Below the pieces are notes generated by a model that made no database searches, was not told where the DNA came from, and saw only the letters and a list, made by a program, of their open reading frames with translations. Shown here one piece after another: positions 1-9,690 of a stretch of DNA of 32,000 nucleotides (the stretch's first letter is position 1; every line of letters begins with the position of its first letter). A program made the position numbers and the translations under genes. This DNA is from Crocosphaera subtropica ATCC 51142. Its GTDB lineage: Bacteria; Cyanobacteriota; Cyanobacteriia; Cyanobacteriales; Microcystaceae. Location of the stretch: contig NC_010546.1 of NCBI RefSeq assembly GCF_000017845.1, forward strand, positions 2,760,001-2,792,000, in the 5' to 3' direction.

Positions 1-556
1 GTTCTCGCAACATTGAAACCGTAATTGGTAATTCTTGTTTGAGTAAAATTTCTAAATATTCGTCTATAGATTTAGGCGGTTTTTTTAATCTTTTTCGACA
101 AGTTTCTGCTGCTTTTGCAACTTTAAAAGGTTTTAAATCAATTAAATTTGAAATAAACTTATCGGGATGTTCTACAAAAATTTCATAATTATCAAGAACA
201 TGAGATGGAAAATCTTTAAGATTCATAGTAACAATAACATCAACTTGACCTTTTATAGCTGCTGCTAATACATGACGATCATCAGAATCTGGTAAATTAA
301 TTGAGGAAATTAATTCCTCATAACCTGTTATTAAACAATCACGAACATGACTATTCATTAAATTCTTAATTTTTATCAACTGTTCAAGGGTTAAATCAGG
401 TCTATTTTTTAGAATATTACGAATCCATTCATCATGAATTGTATCAGTCCAACGCGCTCTAAAAAGGTCAGTTAATGCTAACTGCATCAATAAATCTCTT
501 AACGGTGCAGGATACAAAACACAAGCATCATAAAGGGCAGTAAAATTAGAGGACAT
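1..556 (-). CDS. PIN-domain toxin (VapC-like), partial; C-terminus lies beyond the window edge
   Basis: Absent from the ORF track because it runs off the window. The minus-strand ATG at 556-554 directly abuts the upstream stop (TAAATG). My translation is MSSNFTALYDACVLYPAPLRDLLMQLALTDLFRARWTDTIHDEWIRNIL...SDDRHVLAAAIKGQVDVIVTMNLKDFP. This matches the PIN-family toxin type that pairs with excisionase-type HTH antitoxins. Confidence 0.7.
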   Translation of the reverse strand, partial: MSSNFTALYDACVLYPAPLRDLLMQLALTDLFRARWTDTIHDEWIRNILKNRPDLTLEQLIKIKNLMNSHVRDCLITGYEELISSINLPDSDDRHVLAAAIKGQVDVIVTMNLKDFPSHVLDNYEIFVEHPDKFISNLIDLKPFKVAKAAETCRKRLKKPPKSIDEYLEILLKQELPITVSMLRE

Positions 557-1027
557 TTACTCATAACCCATGTTTAATTCTTGTGCTTGTTCTACTAGTT
601 TATCTAATACTTCACTTCGCTTACGATCAATATTATCTTTGTAGTTCATAATATCTTCAAAACGAATACGACGATGTTTTCCCACTTTAGTAAAAGGAAT
701 TTCTCCAGACTCCAGTAATTTGATTACATAAGGACGAGACACATTCAAAATATCAGCAGCTTCTTGAGTGGTTAACTCAGCATGAATAGGAATTAGAGTT
801 ATTGCATTTCCTTGTGCCATTTGAGTTAAGATATCAATCAATAAATGAAAAGCACTAGCAGGTATTTCAACAACTTGTTCAGTGCTATCATTTTTTAACA
901 GTTTGATCGTTTGAGATTGATGATTGGATTGAAGATGAGACGCTAAAATGCGACTACTTTCCTGAGCAGTTTTTATCTCTGACTCAGACGGAATGAATGG
1001 TTTGTTAAGTGTTTTTGAGACGGTCAT
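557..1027 (-). CDS. Excisionase/MerR-type helix-turn-helix antitoxin
   Basis: C-terminal HTH: LTTQEAADILNVSRPYVIKLLESGEIPFTKVGKHRRIRFEDIMNY. The stop abuts the PIN toxin start. The track ORF extends to 1093, but I prefer the ATG at 1027-1025 (MTVSKTLNK...) because palindromic and direct repeats occupy 1041-1105. Confidence 0.7.
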   Translation of the reverse strand: MTVSKTLNKPFIPSESEIKTAQESSRILASHLQSNHQSQTIKLLKNDSTEQVVEIPASAFHLLIDILTQMAQGNAITLIPIHAELTTQEAADILNVSRPYVIKLLESGEIPFTKVGKHRRIRFEDIMNYKDNIDRKRSEVLDKLVEQAQELNMGYE

Positions 1028-1040
1028 TGGAATTGCCTCA

Positions 1041-1105
1041 TGCTTAAACCTCAGTGATTTAAGCATAACTGGCAAACGAAATAAACGCAACAAGCGAAAT
1101 AAACG
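1041..1105 (-). promoter_or_regulatory. Candidate autoregulatory operator/promoter of the TA pair
   Basis: Perfect 8-bp inverted repeat TGCTTAAA (1041-1048) / TTTAAGCA (1058-1065). Also a direct repeat CGAAATAAACG at 1077-1087 and 1095-1105. Both lie just upstream of the preferred antitoxin start. Confidence 0.35.
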
Positions 1106-1116
1106 AAATTAGACCC

Positions 1117-2256
1117 TTAACCCACAGATAAATGTCTAACTAAAGCATCTCCGACTATTTTCGCCTCCTCATCTGTCATCCCAGACGTTAATGGGGGACA
1201 AATGTGACGGGGACACCAATATTCTGCATTCGGGAAACGTTCACCCTTGCAAACCTCATCAAAAACTGGTTGTAAATGACAAGGTATTTCGTACACTGTC
1301 CCCCCTAAAAAGATATCCTCTTCTGCTAATGCTGCTTTTACCTCCTTCGCTGTTTTGCCTTCTGGGAGGAGTACCATTAACTTATACTGAGACGCACTAT
1401 CCATGTGGTCCGTGGAAACAAACCTGATCCCTGCTTCTCGCAACGGTGCCGTAATTAACTCATAACACCGTTGTCGTCGTGCTATCATCTGGGGTAACTT
1501 AGCCAGTTGAATGCGTCCTAAAACCGCGTGAACTTCGCTGATACGGGTACTATTACCAAAATCTGTATGTAACCCCCCGAAGTCCATTCCTCGCTTGCCT
1601 TGATTTCTCAGCGATCGCGCGATATAGTCTTCTTCATCATCGTTTAACGTAATCATGCCCCCTTCAAACGTCGTCATAATTTTAGTGGGGAAAAAAGAAA
1701 ACGCTGCACCATCCCCTAAATTTCCGGCTTGTACCCCATCAATTTGACTTCCGTGAGCGTGTGCCGTATCTTCTAGGACAAATAAACCATTTTTATGACA
1801 ATATTCCACCACTTGAGGAAATTCGGGAGAAATCACTCCACCGATATGCACCCATAACACCCCAGATATTTCTGGGGTTACTCCCCTTTCTACTGCATCT
1901 TTAACCATTTGCAAAGAGGGTGCAAAGGTATTCTCATCCATGTCTAAATATTGTACCTGTCCCCCCACTCGCAATACCGCAGCAACGGTGGCAAAATTAG
2001 TATTTGTGGGGACTAAAACCGTTGTCCCTTCAGCTTTTTTGAGACGTAAGATAATTTCTAACCCCGAAGAACCGGTATTGACAGCGATCGCATGTTTAGT
2101 CCCAACATACTCAGCGAATGCTTTTTCAAATTCTGCCGTATTCTCCCCTAAAATGAGCCGACCCGACTTAAGGATGGTTTTGGACGCTTCAGCGAAAAAG
2201 TCAATTTCTTCCTCTGTAACGTCGAAATAGAAGGGTTTTATGGGACGTTTAGTCAT
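1117..2256 (-). CDS. DegT/DnrJ/EryC1/StrS-family PLP-dependent sugar aminotransferase
   Basis: 379 aa. The family-typical layout is present: N-terminal EEEI...LKSGRLILGENTAEFEKAFAEYVGTKHAIAVNTGSSGLE, then AAFSFFPTKIMTT (Lys-containing PLP segment) and YEIPCHLQPVF. Confidence 0.85.
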   Translation of the reverse strand: MTKRPIKPFYFDVTEEEIDFFAEASKTILKSGRLILGENTAEFEKAFAEYVGTKHAIAVNTGSSGLEIILRLKKAEGTTVLVPTNTNFATVAAVLRVGGQVQYLDMDENTFAPSLQMVKDAVERGVTPEISGVLWVHIGGVISPEFPQVVEYCHKNGLFVLEDTAHAHGSQIDGVQAGNLGDGAAFSFFPTKIMTTFEGGMITLNDDEEDYIARSLRNQGKRGMDFGGLHTDFGNSTRISEVHAVLGRIQLAKLPQMIARRQRCYELITAPLREAGIRFVSTDHMDSASQYKLMVLLPEGKTAKEVKAALAEEDIFLGGTVYEIPCHLQPVFDEVCKGERFPNAEYWCPRHICPPLTSGMTDEEAKIVGDALVRHLSVG

Positions 2257-2370
2257 GGTGTCTAGAGAAATTTAGATTTAGGTGGGTTTCTAGAGATCAC
2301 AGTGTAAAGGAAATGATCAAAAATTGCTACTCACTCATCTTAACTGTGTTGTGTTATGCTAATTTTCATA

Positions 2371-3768
2371 TTACCTAAAGGGTCCTAAAACATCTTTAAC
2401 GGTAATGGTTTGTTGATCAGTATAACCAGCAAAGGTTCGGGTTGCCACTATTTTTATTTCCACTCCTAAACCCGATCGCAAAAATCGAGATTCAATGGGT
2501 AACTTGCCAATATCAAGGGTAAAAGTATCTCCATCTAAAACAACTAAATCTTCTGGAATTTCTCCCTCATATTTTGTTGTGTAATCAGACACCGGACGAA
2601 ACCGAGGATCAGAACGAGTAATACTATAAGTAATATCAAATTTCGTAGCAATTAAATTAGATTGATCGGCCTCATCAATTAACGTCAATTGTAAATCCCT
2701 TTCTCTTCCGGAGAGTCCTTTACTTTCTAGACGAGTGGCATCTTGTTTATAAATGGCATTATAAACGATAAATTGAGTAATATTATTCCGTTGTTGCGTT
2801 GTCCCTTCTATCCAAATATTATCAGGAACTTCCACCATAATTCCCTGATCATCTTGATATTTTAAGGTCACTTTTTCTTGAGCAAATCGATTAAATGATT
2901 GGGGAGCATTCCAAATCAATAAAAAGGACCGTTCTAACCGTTGAACCAAGGCTAAATATTGATCATCAATCACCGAACCCGGCGCAAATAATGCCGATGC
3001 ACCATTGCGAGTTTCCCAAATATTTTTAGAGAGTAAATAACCTTTATCTCTCAATGCGGACATGGTTACTGTGGCAGCCGGTTTATCTGCTTCTAGAGGT
3101 TTATCTAAATTAATTAAGGTCAGTTGACCGGGTAAACCATCCCTACCGAAAGCCCCACCGACTCCATTGGCTCCGTTTTTACCATCTTGACAGCGAAATT
3201 CTAAGGTAGTACAACGATAATTAGAATCACCAGGATTACCACTACAGGTTTCTACAGTCCAATAGGGTTGGCTACAACGACATCCTTGACCCCCTTGGCC
3301 CCCTTGTCCCGGTTGTCCCCCTTTGCCTCCTGACGCATTGACAAAGACTTGTTGGAGTTGAGATAAGTCCGTTGCATAGACGGTTAAAGAGCCACCATTA
3401 CCCCCATCACCCCCGTTACCGCCGTTGCCTCCATTACCGCCATTAGGGGCTTGTAAGTTATATTTAACCCCAGTGGGTTGATTTTCACATTCAGCGTCTT
3501 CTCCTGGGTTACCTTGTTGGCCGGGTTGACCATCTTCTCCCACTAAATTAAGGGTGAGGGGGGAACCATCGGCAAAAATGGTCAAATTATCGCTATCGTC
3601 TCCGTCTTGTCCAGAAGCCCCCATGCTGGCATTAGAACCGTTTTGGCCAAAGGTTCTCACTTCTGCGGCCAGAGCAACCCCTGCACAAATTTTAGAGGAG
3701 GAGGGGATAGGAACCATTAAAGAACTGACAAAAAACAGGAAAAATAAAGGGAGTTTAGTGACTTGCAT
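2371..3768 (-). CDS. Secreted Gly/Asn/Gln-rich, Cys-rich protein with an uncharacterised C-terminal domain
   Basis: 465-aa ORF. N-terminal hydrophobic signal peptide with an ALA-AE cleavage-like site. Low-complexity tracts NGGNGGNGGNGGDGGNGGS and GGKGGQPGQGGQGGQG, 8 Cys, and a roughly 250-aa non-repetitive C-terminal half. Confidence 0.7.
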   Translation of the reverse strand: MQVTKLPLFFLFFVSSLMVPIPSSSKICAGVALAAEVRTFGQNGSNASMGASGQDGDDSDNLTIFADGSPLTLNLVGEDGQPGQQGNPGEDAECENQPTGVKYNLQAPNGGNGGNGGNGGDGGNGGSLTVYATDLSQLQQVFVNASGGKGGQPGQGGQGGQGCRCSQPYWTVETCSGNPGDSNYRCTTLEFRCQDGKNGANGVGGAFGRDGLPGQLTLINLDKPLEADKPAATVTMSALRDKGYLLSKNIWETRNGASALFAPGSVIDDQYLALVQRLERSFLLIWNAPQSFNRFAQEKVTLKYQDDQGIMVEVPDNIWIEGTTQQRNNITQFIVYNAIYKQDATRLESKGLSGRERDLQLTLIDEADQSNLIATKFDITYSITRSDPRFRPVSDYTTKYEGEIPEDLVVLDGDTFTLDIGKLPIESRFLRSGLGVEIKIVATRTFAGYTDQQTITVKDVLGPFR

Positions 3769-3812
3769 TGATGCGTTAGGAGGTTAACGATCGCCACATT
3801 TTCAGACTGTAG

Positions 3813-4289
3813 TTAGTTAACTTTTGTTTCTTGAACCACTAAAACCGAACAAGGGGAATGATGAACGATATAGTTACTGACACTGCCTAACAACATTTCT
3901 GATACCCCAGTTAGTCCTCGTCTTCCCACGACAATTAAATCCGCTTGCCAATCTTGGGCTGTCTCTTTTACCCAACGACCCGGTTCTCCTATTTTCCAGT
4001 CCCATTCTATAGAAACCCCCTGTTTATCGGCTATTGCTGCGTAGTTTTTTAACCATTTTTCAGCTTCTTTAGCTTGGGTTTCCAACTGTTCTCGCATTAA
4101 GTAGGAAAAATCATTAAATTCTCCTTCATAAAGGCTAGTGTAAGGAACTGTGGATGGAGTTTCTATGGGCAAACAATGAAATAATTTTAAGGCTGCTTCA
4201 TGGTATTTTGCTATGGATAAGCCTTCCTCAAACACCTTTTTTGCTAGGGGAGAATTGTCTAAGGCTATTAATATTTTTTGGTATTTCAT
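3813..4289 (-). CDS. Universal stress protein (UspA family)
   Basis: 158 aa. MKYQKILIALDNSP... start, and the C-terminal ATP-binding-type motif LIVVGRRGLTGVSEMLLGSVSNYIVHHSPCSVLVV. Confidence 0.85.
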   Translation of the reverse strand: MKYQKILIALDNSPLAKKVFEEGLSIAKYHEAALKLFHCLPIETPSTVPYTSLYEGEFNDFSYLMREQLETQAKEAEKWLKNYAAIADKQGVSIEWDWKIGEPGRWVKETAQDWQADLIVVGRRGLTGVSEMLLGSVSNYIVHHSPCSVLVVQETKVN

Positions 4290-4302
4290 ACCTTTGGATT
4301 AA

Positions 4303-5475
4303 CTATAATGTCGTAACAAATTTTTCAATTCTATCCATTCCTTTTTCAATGGATGCTAAATCCGTTGCATAAGATAGACGAATACAATTATCTGCCCCAA
4401 ATGCTTTACCCGGAATCGCAGCAACTTGTTGTTTGTTTAATAAGCCATCACAAAATTCCAAAGAATTAAGTCCAGTTTGGCTAATATCAATGAAGACATA
4501 AAAGGCCCCCATAGGAGTGGGACAACTAAGTTTAGGAATGGAGCGAATTCTCTCTAAAATAACTTGACGACGTTGGGTAAACGCATCTAGCATTTTTTGA
4601 AGGCATTGGGGAGAGTCTGGACTTTCTAAAGCAGCAATGGCTCCGTATTGAGCAAAGGTACAGACGTTAGAAGTGCTATGACTTTGGATGGTACTGGTGG
4701 CTTTAATTAAGTCCCCAGGTCCGGCTAAATAACCTATTCGCCATCCCGTCATGGAGTAACTTTTGGCAAATCCATTACTAATAATGGTGCGCTTAAATAT
4801 CTCTTCGCCTAGGGAACCGATACTGATATGTTCTGTACCATCGTAGAGAATTTTTTCGTAAATTTCATCAGAAACTACCCATAAATTATGATCAACCACG
4901 ACTTCAGCTAAGGCTTTAATTTCTTCATGGTTATACACCATCCCTGTGGGATTAGAAGGGGAATTAAGCACCAATAGTTTTGTGTTTGAAGTAATGGCTT
5001 GACGCAGTTGTTCTGGGGTGATTTTATAATCGGTTTCTGCTGTCGTGTTGACAATAACCGGGGTTCCTTCGGCTAGTTTAACCATTTCCGGGTAACTTAA
5101 CCAATAAGGAGCGGGAATAATTACTTCGTCTCCCTTGTCAATCAAAGCTAACATTAAGTTAAATAGGGAATGTTTACCCCCATTGGTGACAATGATATGG
5201 TCTGCACTATAGTTTAACTGATTATCTTGATTTAACTTATGGGCGATCGCTTGTCTGAGGCCGGGTTCTCCGGCGACAGGACCGTATTTGGTTTTCCCTT
5301 GTGCTAACGCTGATGAAGCAGCTTCTTTTATGTGTTGAGGGGTATCAAAATCCGGCTCTCCTGAACTAAAGCTACAGACATCAATCCCTTGAGCCTTCAT
5401 CTCCTTAGCTTTAGCGGTAATGGCTAGGGTGAGAGAGGGAGTGACTTGTGTTACCCTGGTGGCCAATTGAATCAT
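4303..5475 (-). CDS. Class I/II PLP aminotransferase, aspartate aminotransferase-like
   Basis: 390 aa. Motifs [19 protein letters not shown] and [14 protein letters not shown] (PLP lysine segment). 13-nt gap to the downstream usp gene. Confidence 0.85.
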   Translation of the reverse strand: MIQLATRVTQVTPSLTLAITAKAKEMKAQGIDVCSFSSGEPDFDTPQHIKEAASSALAQGKTKYGPVAGEPGLRQAIAHKLNQDNQLNYSADHIIVTNGGKHSLFNLMLALIDKGDEVIIPAPYWLSYPEMVKLAEGTPVIVNTTAETDYKITPEQLRQAITSNTKLLVLNSPSNPTGMVYNHEEIKALAEVVVDHNLWVVSDEIYEKILYDGTEHISIGSLGEEIFKRTIISNGFAKSYSMTGWRIGYLAGPGDLIKATSTIQSHSTSNVCTFAQYGAIAALESPDSPQCLQKMLDAFTQRRQVILERIRSIPKLSCPTPMGAFYVFIDISQTGLNSLEFCDGLLNKQQVAAIPGKAFGADNCIRLSYATDLASIEKGMDRIEKFVTTL

Positions 5476-5570
5476 ATTTGTGCTTCCAAGCCTATTTATT
5501 CCCTATGGTACAGGTATATTTAGTATTGTACAGGTTTTTGTCTTCTCTAAAATTCTATCCCAGGTTTTAC

Positions 5571-5876
5571 TTATCTTTTCTGGAATTCTTCGAGTAAATC
5601 TAGTAAATTCATTTGACATTGCATGGGTAATAATTCCAACAGGGGAACTTCTTTCTTACCCCCTCCGAGGGAAACTGGTATTTGACGAAGAATGTCAGTA
5701 ATTGCGTCCTCACTGATTTGGTCGTTTTCGAGCAAAGGATAGACTTTTTCGGCAACGATGGTGTGTAAATGGGCATCGGATAGATAAAGATGCCATTTGG
5801 CTACATCAATGTAGATATTTTCACCAATTTCGGCAGCGAGGGATTCAACTGCTTGGGTTGTTTTATAATTAGCCAT
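5571..5876 (-). CDS. Conserved hypothetical small protein
   Basis: 101-aa ORF. It overlaps the upstream gene by 8 nt (operon-like). I cannot name a motif. Confidence 0.5.
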   Translation of the reverse strand: MANYKTTQAVESLAAEIGENIYIDVAKWHLYLSDAHLHTIVAEKVYPLLENDQISEDAITDILRQIPVSLGGGKKEVPLLELLPMQCQMNLLDLLEEFQKR

Positions 5877-6255
5877 GAGATTTTTTGCTATAATCAGCGA
5901 TCGCCGTAATATAAATTAAGTGTCCCAATAACACCATCCCCCAGATTCCTGAGAACCAACCAATCCAGTGCCAGTCTGCTTGTCTAATATTATGGAAAAA
6001 CCAAACACCTGAGTTACACGCTAAGAAAGCAGCAACATGAACGGCAAAGGTCATGCGATCATCAAGGCGACGAAAGGCAGGATCAGCGCGATCGGGTTTA
6101 CGAGGCCAGCGAGGGGGCATAGGAACTTTATATCTATTATAACTTTTCTTCTTAATCCTATCAGAATCTTTCCCTTGCTGACTGATAAGAAATATGAAAT
6201 CATCTAGAAAGTTTCTTGAATAGTGAAACAATGAGAAAGGATTATTTGTATTCAT
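5869..6255 (-). CDS. 2TM-domain membrane protein
   Basis: Two C-terminal TM helices with the pattern [21 protein letters not shown]...[21 protein letters not shown], typical of the 2TM domain. The true start may be an internal Met. Confidence 0.55.
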   Translation of the reverse strand: MNTNNPFSLFHYSRNFLDDFIFLISQQGKDSDRIKKKSYNRYKVPMPPRWPRKPDRADPAFRRLDDRMTFAVHVAAFLACNSGVWFFHNIRQADWHWIGWFSGIWGMVLLGHLIYITAIADYSKKSHG

Positions 6256-6270
6256 GGCTATTTAATTACT

Positions 6271-6759
6271 ATGTCTGATGTGACTGCACCCCCTGTTGAT
6301 AACTCTACTGAAAATAGTGCAATTCAAACCACCTTTACGGTTCAAGAAATTCGGGAATTATTACCCCATCGTTATCCTTTTGCTTTAGTGGATCGTATCA
6401 TCGATTATGTCCCTGGTAAGAAGGCAGTGGGGATTAAAAATGTTACCATTAATGAGCCATTTTTTCCGGGTCATATTCCTAGTTTACCCATAATGCCGGG
6501 GGTTTTAATTGTAGAATCTATGGCACAAGTTGGGGGGATTGTTCTGACTTTATTACCAGGGATGAAAGGGGTATTTTTCGCCTTTGCAGGGATTGATAAA
6601 GTTAGGTTTCGCCGTCAAGTGATTCCTGGAGATCGATTAATTATGACTGTGGAATTATTAACCCTAAAACGGAATCGCATTGCTAAAATGAAAGGAGAAG
6701 GAACTGTCGACGGCGAGTTAGCTGTGCAGGGAGAAATGCTCTTTTCTCGTATCGATTAA
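6271..6759 (+). CDS. fabZ: 3-hydroxyacyl-ACP dehydratase FabZ
   Basis: [41 protein letters not shown]...[15 protein letters not shown] is the canonical FabZ hot-dog active-site region. Confidence 0.95.
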   Translation: MSDVTAPPVDNSTENSAIQTTFTVQEIRELLPHRYPFALVDRIIDYVPGKKAVGIKNVTINEPFFPGHIPSLPIMPGVLIVESMAQVGGIVLTLLPGMKGVFFAFAGIDKVRFRRQVIPGDRLIMTVELLTLKRNRIAKMKGEGTVDGELAVQGEMLFSRID

Positions 6760-6854
6760 ACCTAAGTTCGGTATTAGGAGCTAGACATTCGGAGTCGTGA
6801 TTTTTTCAGGAGGATTGTTACTCCTCCTTACACCATTTCTAGGTGATAATAGTT

Positions 6855-8243
6855 TCAGATGCCTAAAACGAATCTAGCGGTATTCAAATAAATGAAAATC
6901 CCCAAAATATCAACAACGGTTGTAATGAGAGGGGATGACATTAAGGCAGGATCAAACCCTAATTTCATAAATAAATAGGGAAGGGTTGCCCCAGTTGTTG
7001 CTGCAATTATGGTAATACAAAGTAAACTAATTCCTACCGTTAGGCTGACTTTTTGTTGCCCCAAAAAGAGAATAATTCCGACAATAACCAGTACCCCCAA
7101 CATCATACCAAGAAGCCCCCCTGTTATGAATTCTCTGATGACAACCTCTAGGGGTTTTTTATCTTTTAATCCTTCTGTACTTAAGCCTCGAATTACAACG
7201 GTTGAAGATTGCGCTCCCACATTTCCCCCTGCACCAATTAATAAGGGTGTAAAAAAGGCTAAAGCGACGACTTGATCCAATATGACCTCATAATGACTTA
7301 AAATCATCACTGTGGCAGAATTGGTTACTAATAATAATAATACCCAAGGACTGCGTTGTTTAATAACATTGAATAAGCTAATTTCAAAGTAGTCATCTTT
7401 GGGAGAGTCTAACCCTCCCATTTTATAAATATCTTCTGTTGCTTCTAGTTCCAATACATCAATAATATCATCAACAGTCACAACCCCTAATAAGGTTTTC
7501 TCTTTGTCAACAATGGGTAAAGCTAAGAGATCATAGCGTTGAATTAATTTAGCAACCTCTTCTTGATCTGTCTCTGTATCTGCTGAAATTACTTCCTGTG
7601 TCATGATCTCTCTTAAGGGGGTTTTGGGATCACAAATAATTAAATCTTTTAGAGAAATTAATCCAATTAAATGTTTATCTTCATCGGTTACATAGAGATA
7701 ATAACTCACCTCGGATTGTTGGGCTAAGGTTCGGATCTTTTTTTGAGCTTCTATGGCTGTTAAATGTTCTTTTAGGGCAATATATTTAGGGGTCATAATA
7801 CGCCCTGCAGTATCTGCCCCATATCCTAATAAAAGATCCGTTGCTTGCCGTTCTTCAGCACTTAAATGATTTAATAATTTTCGGATTAATTTAGGGGGTA
7901 ATTCGTCAAACAATTTTGCCCTTTTATCGGGAGACATCTCATTGACAATATTGATGACTTCTTCATCTTGAAATTTCTTAATTAATGATTGTTGTATTCG
8001 AGGAGGAAGATATTCATACACCTGAACTGCAATATTTTTTTTAAGGAGACGAAATCCAAGTAATTGTAAGGTTTCCGGCAATCCTTCAATAGCTTCTGCA
8101 ATATCAACAGATGGGACGGGAACCAGCAAGGTTTTAGCCCCTTCGTAGTTTTTTTCTTCTAGAAGAAGTTTAAGCTGAGATCGTACCACTTCTCGGAGTT
8201 CATTACGAGAAGTCGCCGAAGCAATAGAAGAAGTATTGCTCAC
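6855..8243 (-). CDS. mgtE: Magnesium transporter MgtE
   Basis: 462 aa with MgtE N-domain, tandem CBS region and a 5-TM C-terminal domain (GAGGNVGAQSSTVVIRGL, DPALMSSPLITTVVDILG). GTG start at 8243-8241. Confidence 0.9.
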   Translation of the reverse strand: MSNTSSIASATSRNELREVVRSQLKLLLEEKNYEGAKTLLVPVPSVDIAEAIEGLPETLQLLGFRLLKKNIAVQVYEYLPPRIQQSLIKKFQDEEVINIVNEMSPDKRAKLFDELPPKLIRKLLNHLSAEERQATDLLLGYGADTAGRIMTPKYIALKEHLTAIEAQKKIRTLAQQSEVSYYLYVTDEDKHLIGLISLKDLIICDPKTPLREIMTQEVISADTETDQEEVAKLIQRYDLLALPIVDKEKTLLGVVTVDDIIDVLELEATEDIYKMGGLDSPKDDYFEISLFNVIKQRSPWVLLLLVTNSATVMILSHYEVILDQVVALAFFTPLLIGAGGNVGAQSSTVVIRGLSTEGLKDKKPLEVVIREFITGGLLGMMLGVLVIVGIILFLGQQKVSLTVGISLLCITIIAATTGATLPYLFMKLGFDPALMSSPLITTVVDILGIFIYLNTARFVLGI

Positions 8244-8343
8244 AACAAATACTATTTTTTCTTAAATTATCACCTAATTATAAACTAAAAGTTTGCTTTT
8301 GTCTATCATTTTTTAACACGCTTAAATAAGCTAAAAACTTAAG

Positions 8344-9690
8344 TTAATTAGGAGTGAGTTTTTGAGTAATTATCATTTTAAAGCTATTAGGAGGTGCAAT
8401 AGTTAAGCCCCGTCTAACGGGTTTAAGGGGACGAGAAGAAGAAAGTTTTAATTGATATTTTGATAAAAGAGTAAACAAAACTATTTTGATTTCCATTTTG
8501 GCTAATTCCAGTCCAATACAGCGACGACTTCCACCACCAAAAGGAAAGTATTCATAGGGAGAAAATTGCCTTTCTAAAAATCTTTCGGGTCTAAATTCTT
8601 TAGAATTAGGATAAATATCTTCTCGATGATGAACTAAATAAATAGCAGGAGCAAAAACTGTCCCAGGTTTAAATTGATATCCCATTAATTCTAAGGGAGT
8701 TTCTAAAATGCGAAGAAACGTAGTTACAATAACTGGATAAATTCGTAAAGTTTCGCTACAAACTGAATCTAAGTAGGGTAACTTAACAATATTTAATAAG
8801 TCAGTATTTTTCTCTAAAATTGAGAAATGTAATCGTAGTTTTTCTTCAACATCTGGACAATAATGAATCCAATATAATGCCCAGGTTAAACTAGATGCTG
8901 TTGTTTCATGACCCGCAATTAATAAAGTAATCAATTCATCATGTAATTCTTGATCACTCATCGGGTTTCCTGCTTCATCTTTGGTCAACATTAACAGGGT
9001 TAAAATATCTTTTCCTGTATAATTTTCCTGTTGACGACGTTCCTTAATTTCAGTATAAATTAAATCATCAATTTTACCTTTTATCCGTAAAAATCGCCCC
9101 CAAGGACTCCAGTTACCCCAATCTTTTTGGAGAAAAGGAAAGAAGATAATAGTAGCATTAGCAGGGGAATCAAAAAACGATAGCCACGCTTTTAATAAGT
9201 CTTTTAATTGCTGATATCGATCTCCTTCTGTAATACCAAAAACAGCTTTTAAAATCACCTTTAAAGTGATTTCTTGCATAATTTTACGAACATTAAAAGC
9301 TTGGTTAATTTGCAGGTTTTCGCTAACTTCATCCGTAATAGAGTAGATGAGTTGTGTATAACTTTGTAATCTTTCTCCATGAAAAGGAGGAGTTAATAAT
9401 TTACGTTCTCGTTGATGTCTTTTTCCTTGTAAAAATAGTAAGGAATTCTCCCCTAACAAAGTCGTTAAAAAACTGCCTCCTGCTGCACTTCTAAAATCGG
9501 TTTTATCCTTGGTTAAAATTTCTTGGATTCCTTGAGGATTACTAATGTAAACGAAGGGACTTTCTGATTGACCAAAACTAAAGATATCTCCATACTTTTT
9601 ATAATAATCTTCCAGGTAATCTAGAGGATAAAAAATCAGTTTGAATAATCTCAGGAGTCTGGGGGTAGAAATGCTAGGGGGTAAGGTCAT
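8344..9690 (-). CDS. Cytochrome P450 (CYP110-like)
   Basis: Heme-binding loop FPFGGGSRRCIGLELAKME, I-helix AGHETTASS, and ETLR (K-helix ExxR). Confidence 0.9.
   Translation of the reverse strand: MTLPPSISTPRLLRLFKLIFYPLDYLEDYYKKYGDIFSFGQSESPFVYISNPQGIQEILTKDKTDFRSAAGGSFLTTLLGENSLLFLQGKRHQRERKLLTPPFHGERLQSYTQLIYSITDEVSENLQINQAFNVRKIMQEITLKVILKAVFGITEGDRYQQLKDLLKAWLSFFDSPANATIIFFPFLQKDWGNWSPWGRFLRIKGKIDDLIYTEIKERRQQENYTGKDILTLLMLTKDEAGNPMSDQELHDELITLLIAGHETTASSLTWALYWIHYCPDVEEKLRLHFSILEKNTDLLNIVKLPYLDSVCSETLRIYPVIVTTFLRILETPLELMGYQFKPGTVFAPAIYLVHHREDIYPNSKEFRPERFLERQFSPYEYFPFGGGSRRCIGLELAKMEIKIVLFTLLSKYQLKLSSSRPLKPVRRGLTIAPPNSFKMIITQKLTPN

Noticed and set aside
557-1093. Full-length 178-aa version of the antitoxin ORF
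   Set aside because: The first 22 codons (MLRLFRLPVMLKSLRFKHEAIP) overlap palindromic and direct repeats that look like the operator/promoter. I prefer Met23 at 1027, though this is not proven.
1191-2230. Plus-strand ORFs 1191-1427 and 1940-2230
   Set aside because: Both lie entirely antisense within the well-supported DegT-family aminotransferase gene. Their products are low-complexity with no motifs, so they are shadow ORFs.
3283-3444. RTX calcium-binding or collagen repeats in the Gly-rich protein
   Set aside because: The tracts fit neither the GGxGxDxUx nonapeptide register nor a sustained G-X-Y triplet register. I left the protein as an unclassified glycine-rich protein.
3554-5701. Plus-strand ORFs 3554-3787, 4154-4372 and 5480-5701
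   Set aside because: They are antisense to the Gly-rich protein, usp/aminotransferase and small conserved genes. They have no start context or motifs, so they are shadow ORFs.
6271-6759. fabZ lacking the usual lpxC/lpxA neighbours, and cofG without cofH
   Set aside because: Gene scattering of these pathways is common in cyanobacteria, and the partners are probably elsewhere in the genome. It is not evidence of anything unusual on its own.
6808-6828. Hairpin AGGAGGA-ttgttac-TCCTCCT between convergent fabZ and mgtE as a terminator
   Set aside because: The T-run precedes the stem on the plus strand and an A-run follows it on the minus strand, which is the wrong polarity for an intrinsic terminator in either direction. 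It may still be an RNA-stability element.
7009-7275. Plus-strand ORF inside mgtE
   Set aside because: It is antisense to the conserved MgtE transmembrane domain, so it is a shadow ORF.
8244-8343. Possible M-box (Mg2+) riboswitch upstream of mgtE
   Set aside because: Only about 100 nt of AT-rich spacer lies between the P450 stop and the mgtE start. That is too short and unstructured for the roughly 160-nt M-box, and no conserved helices are visible.
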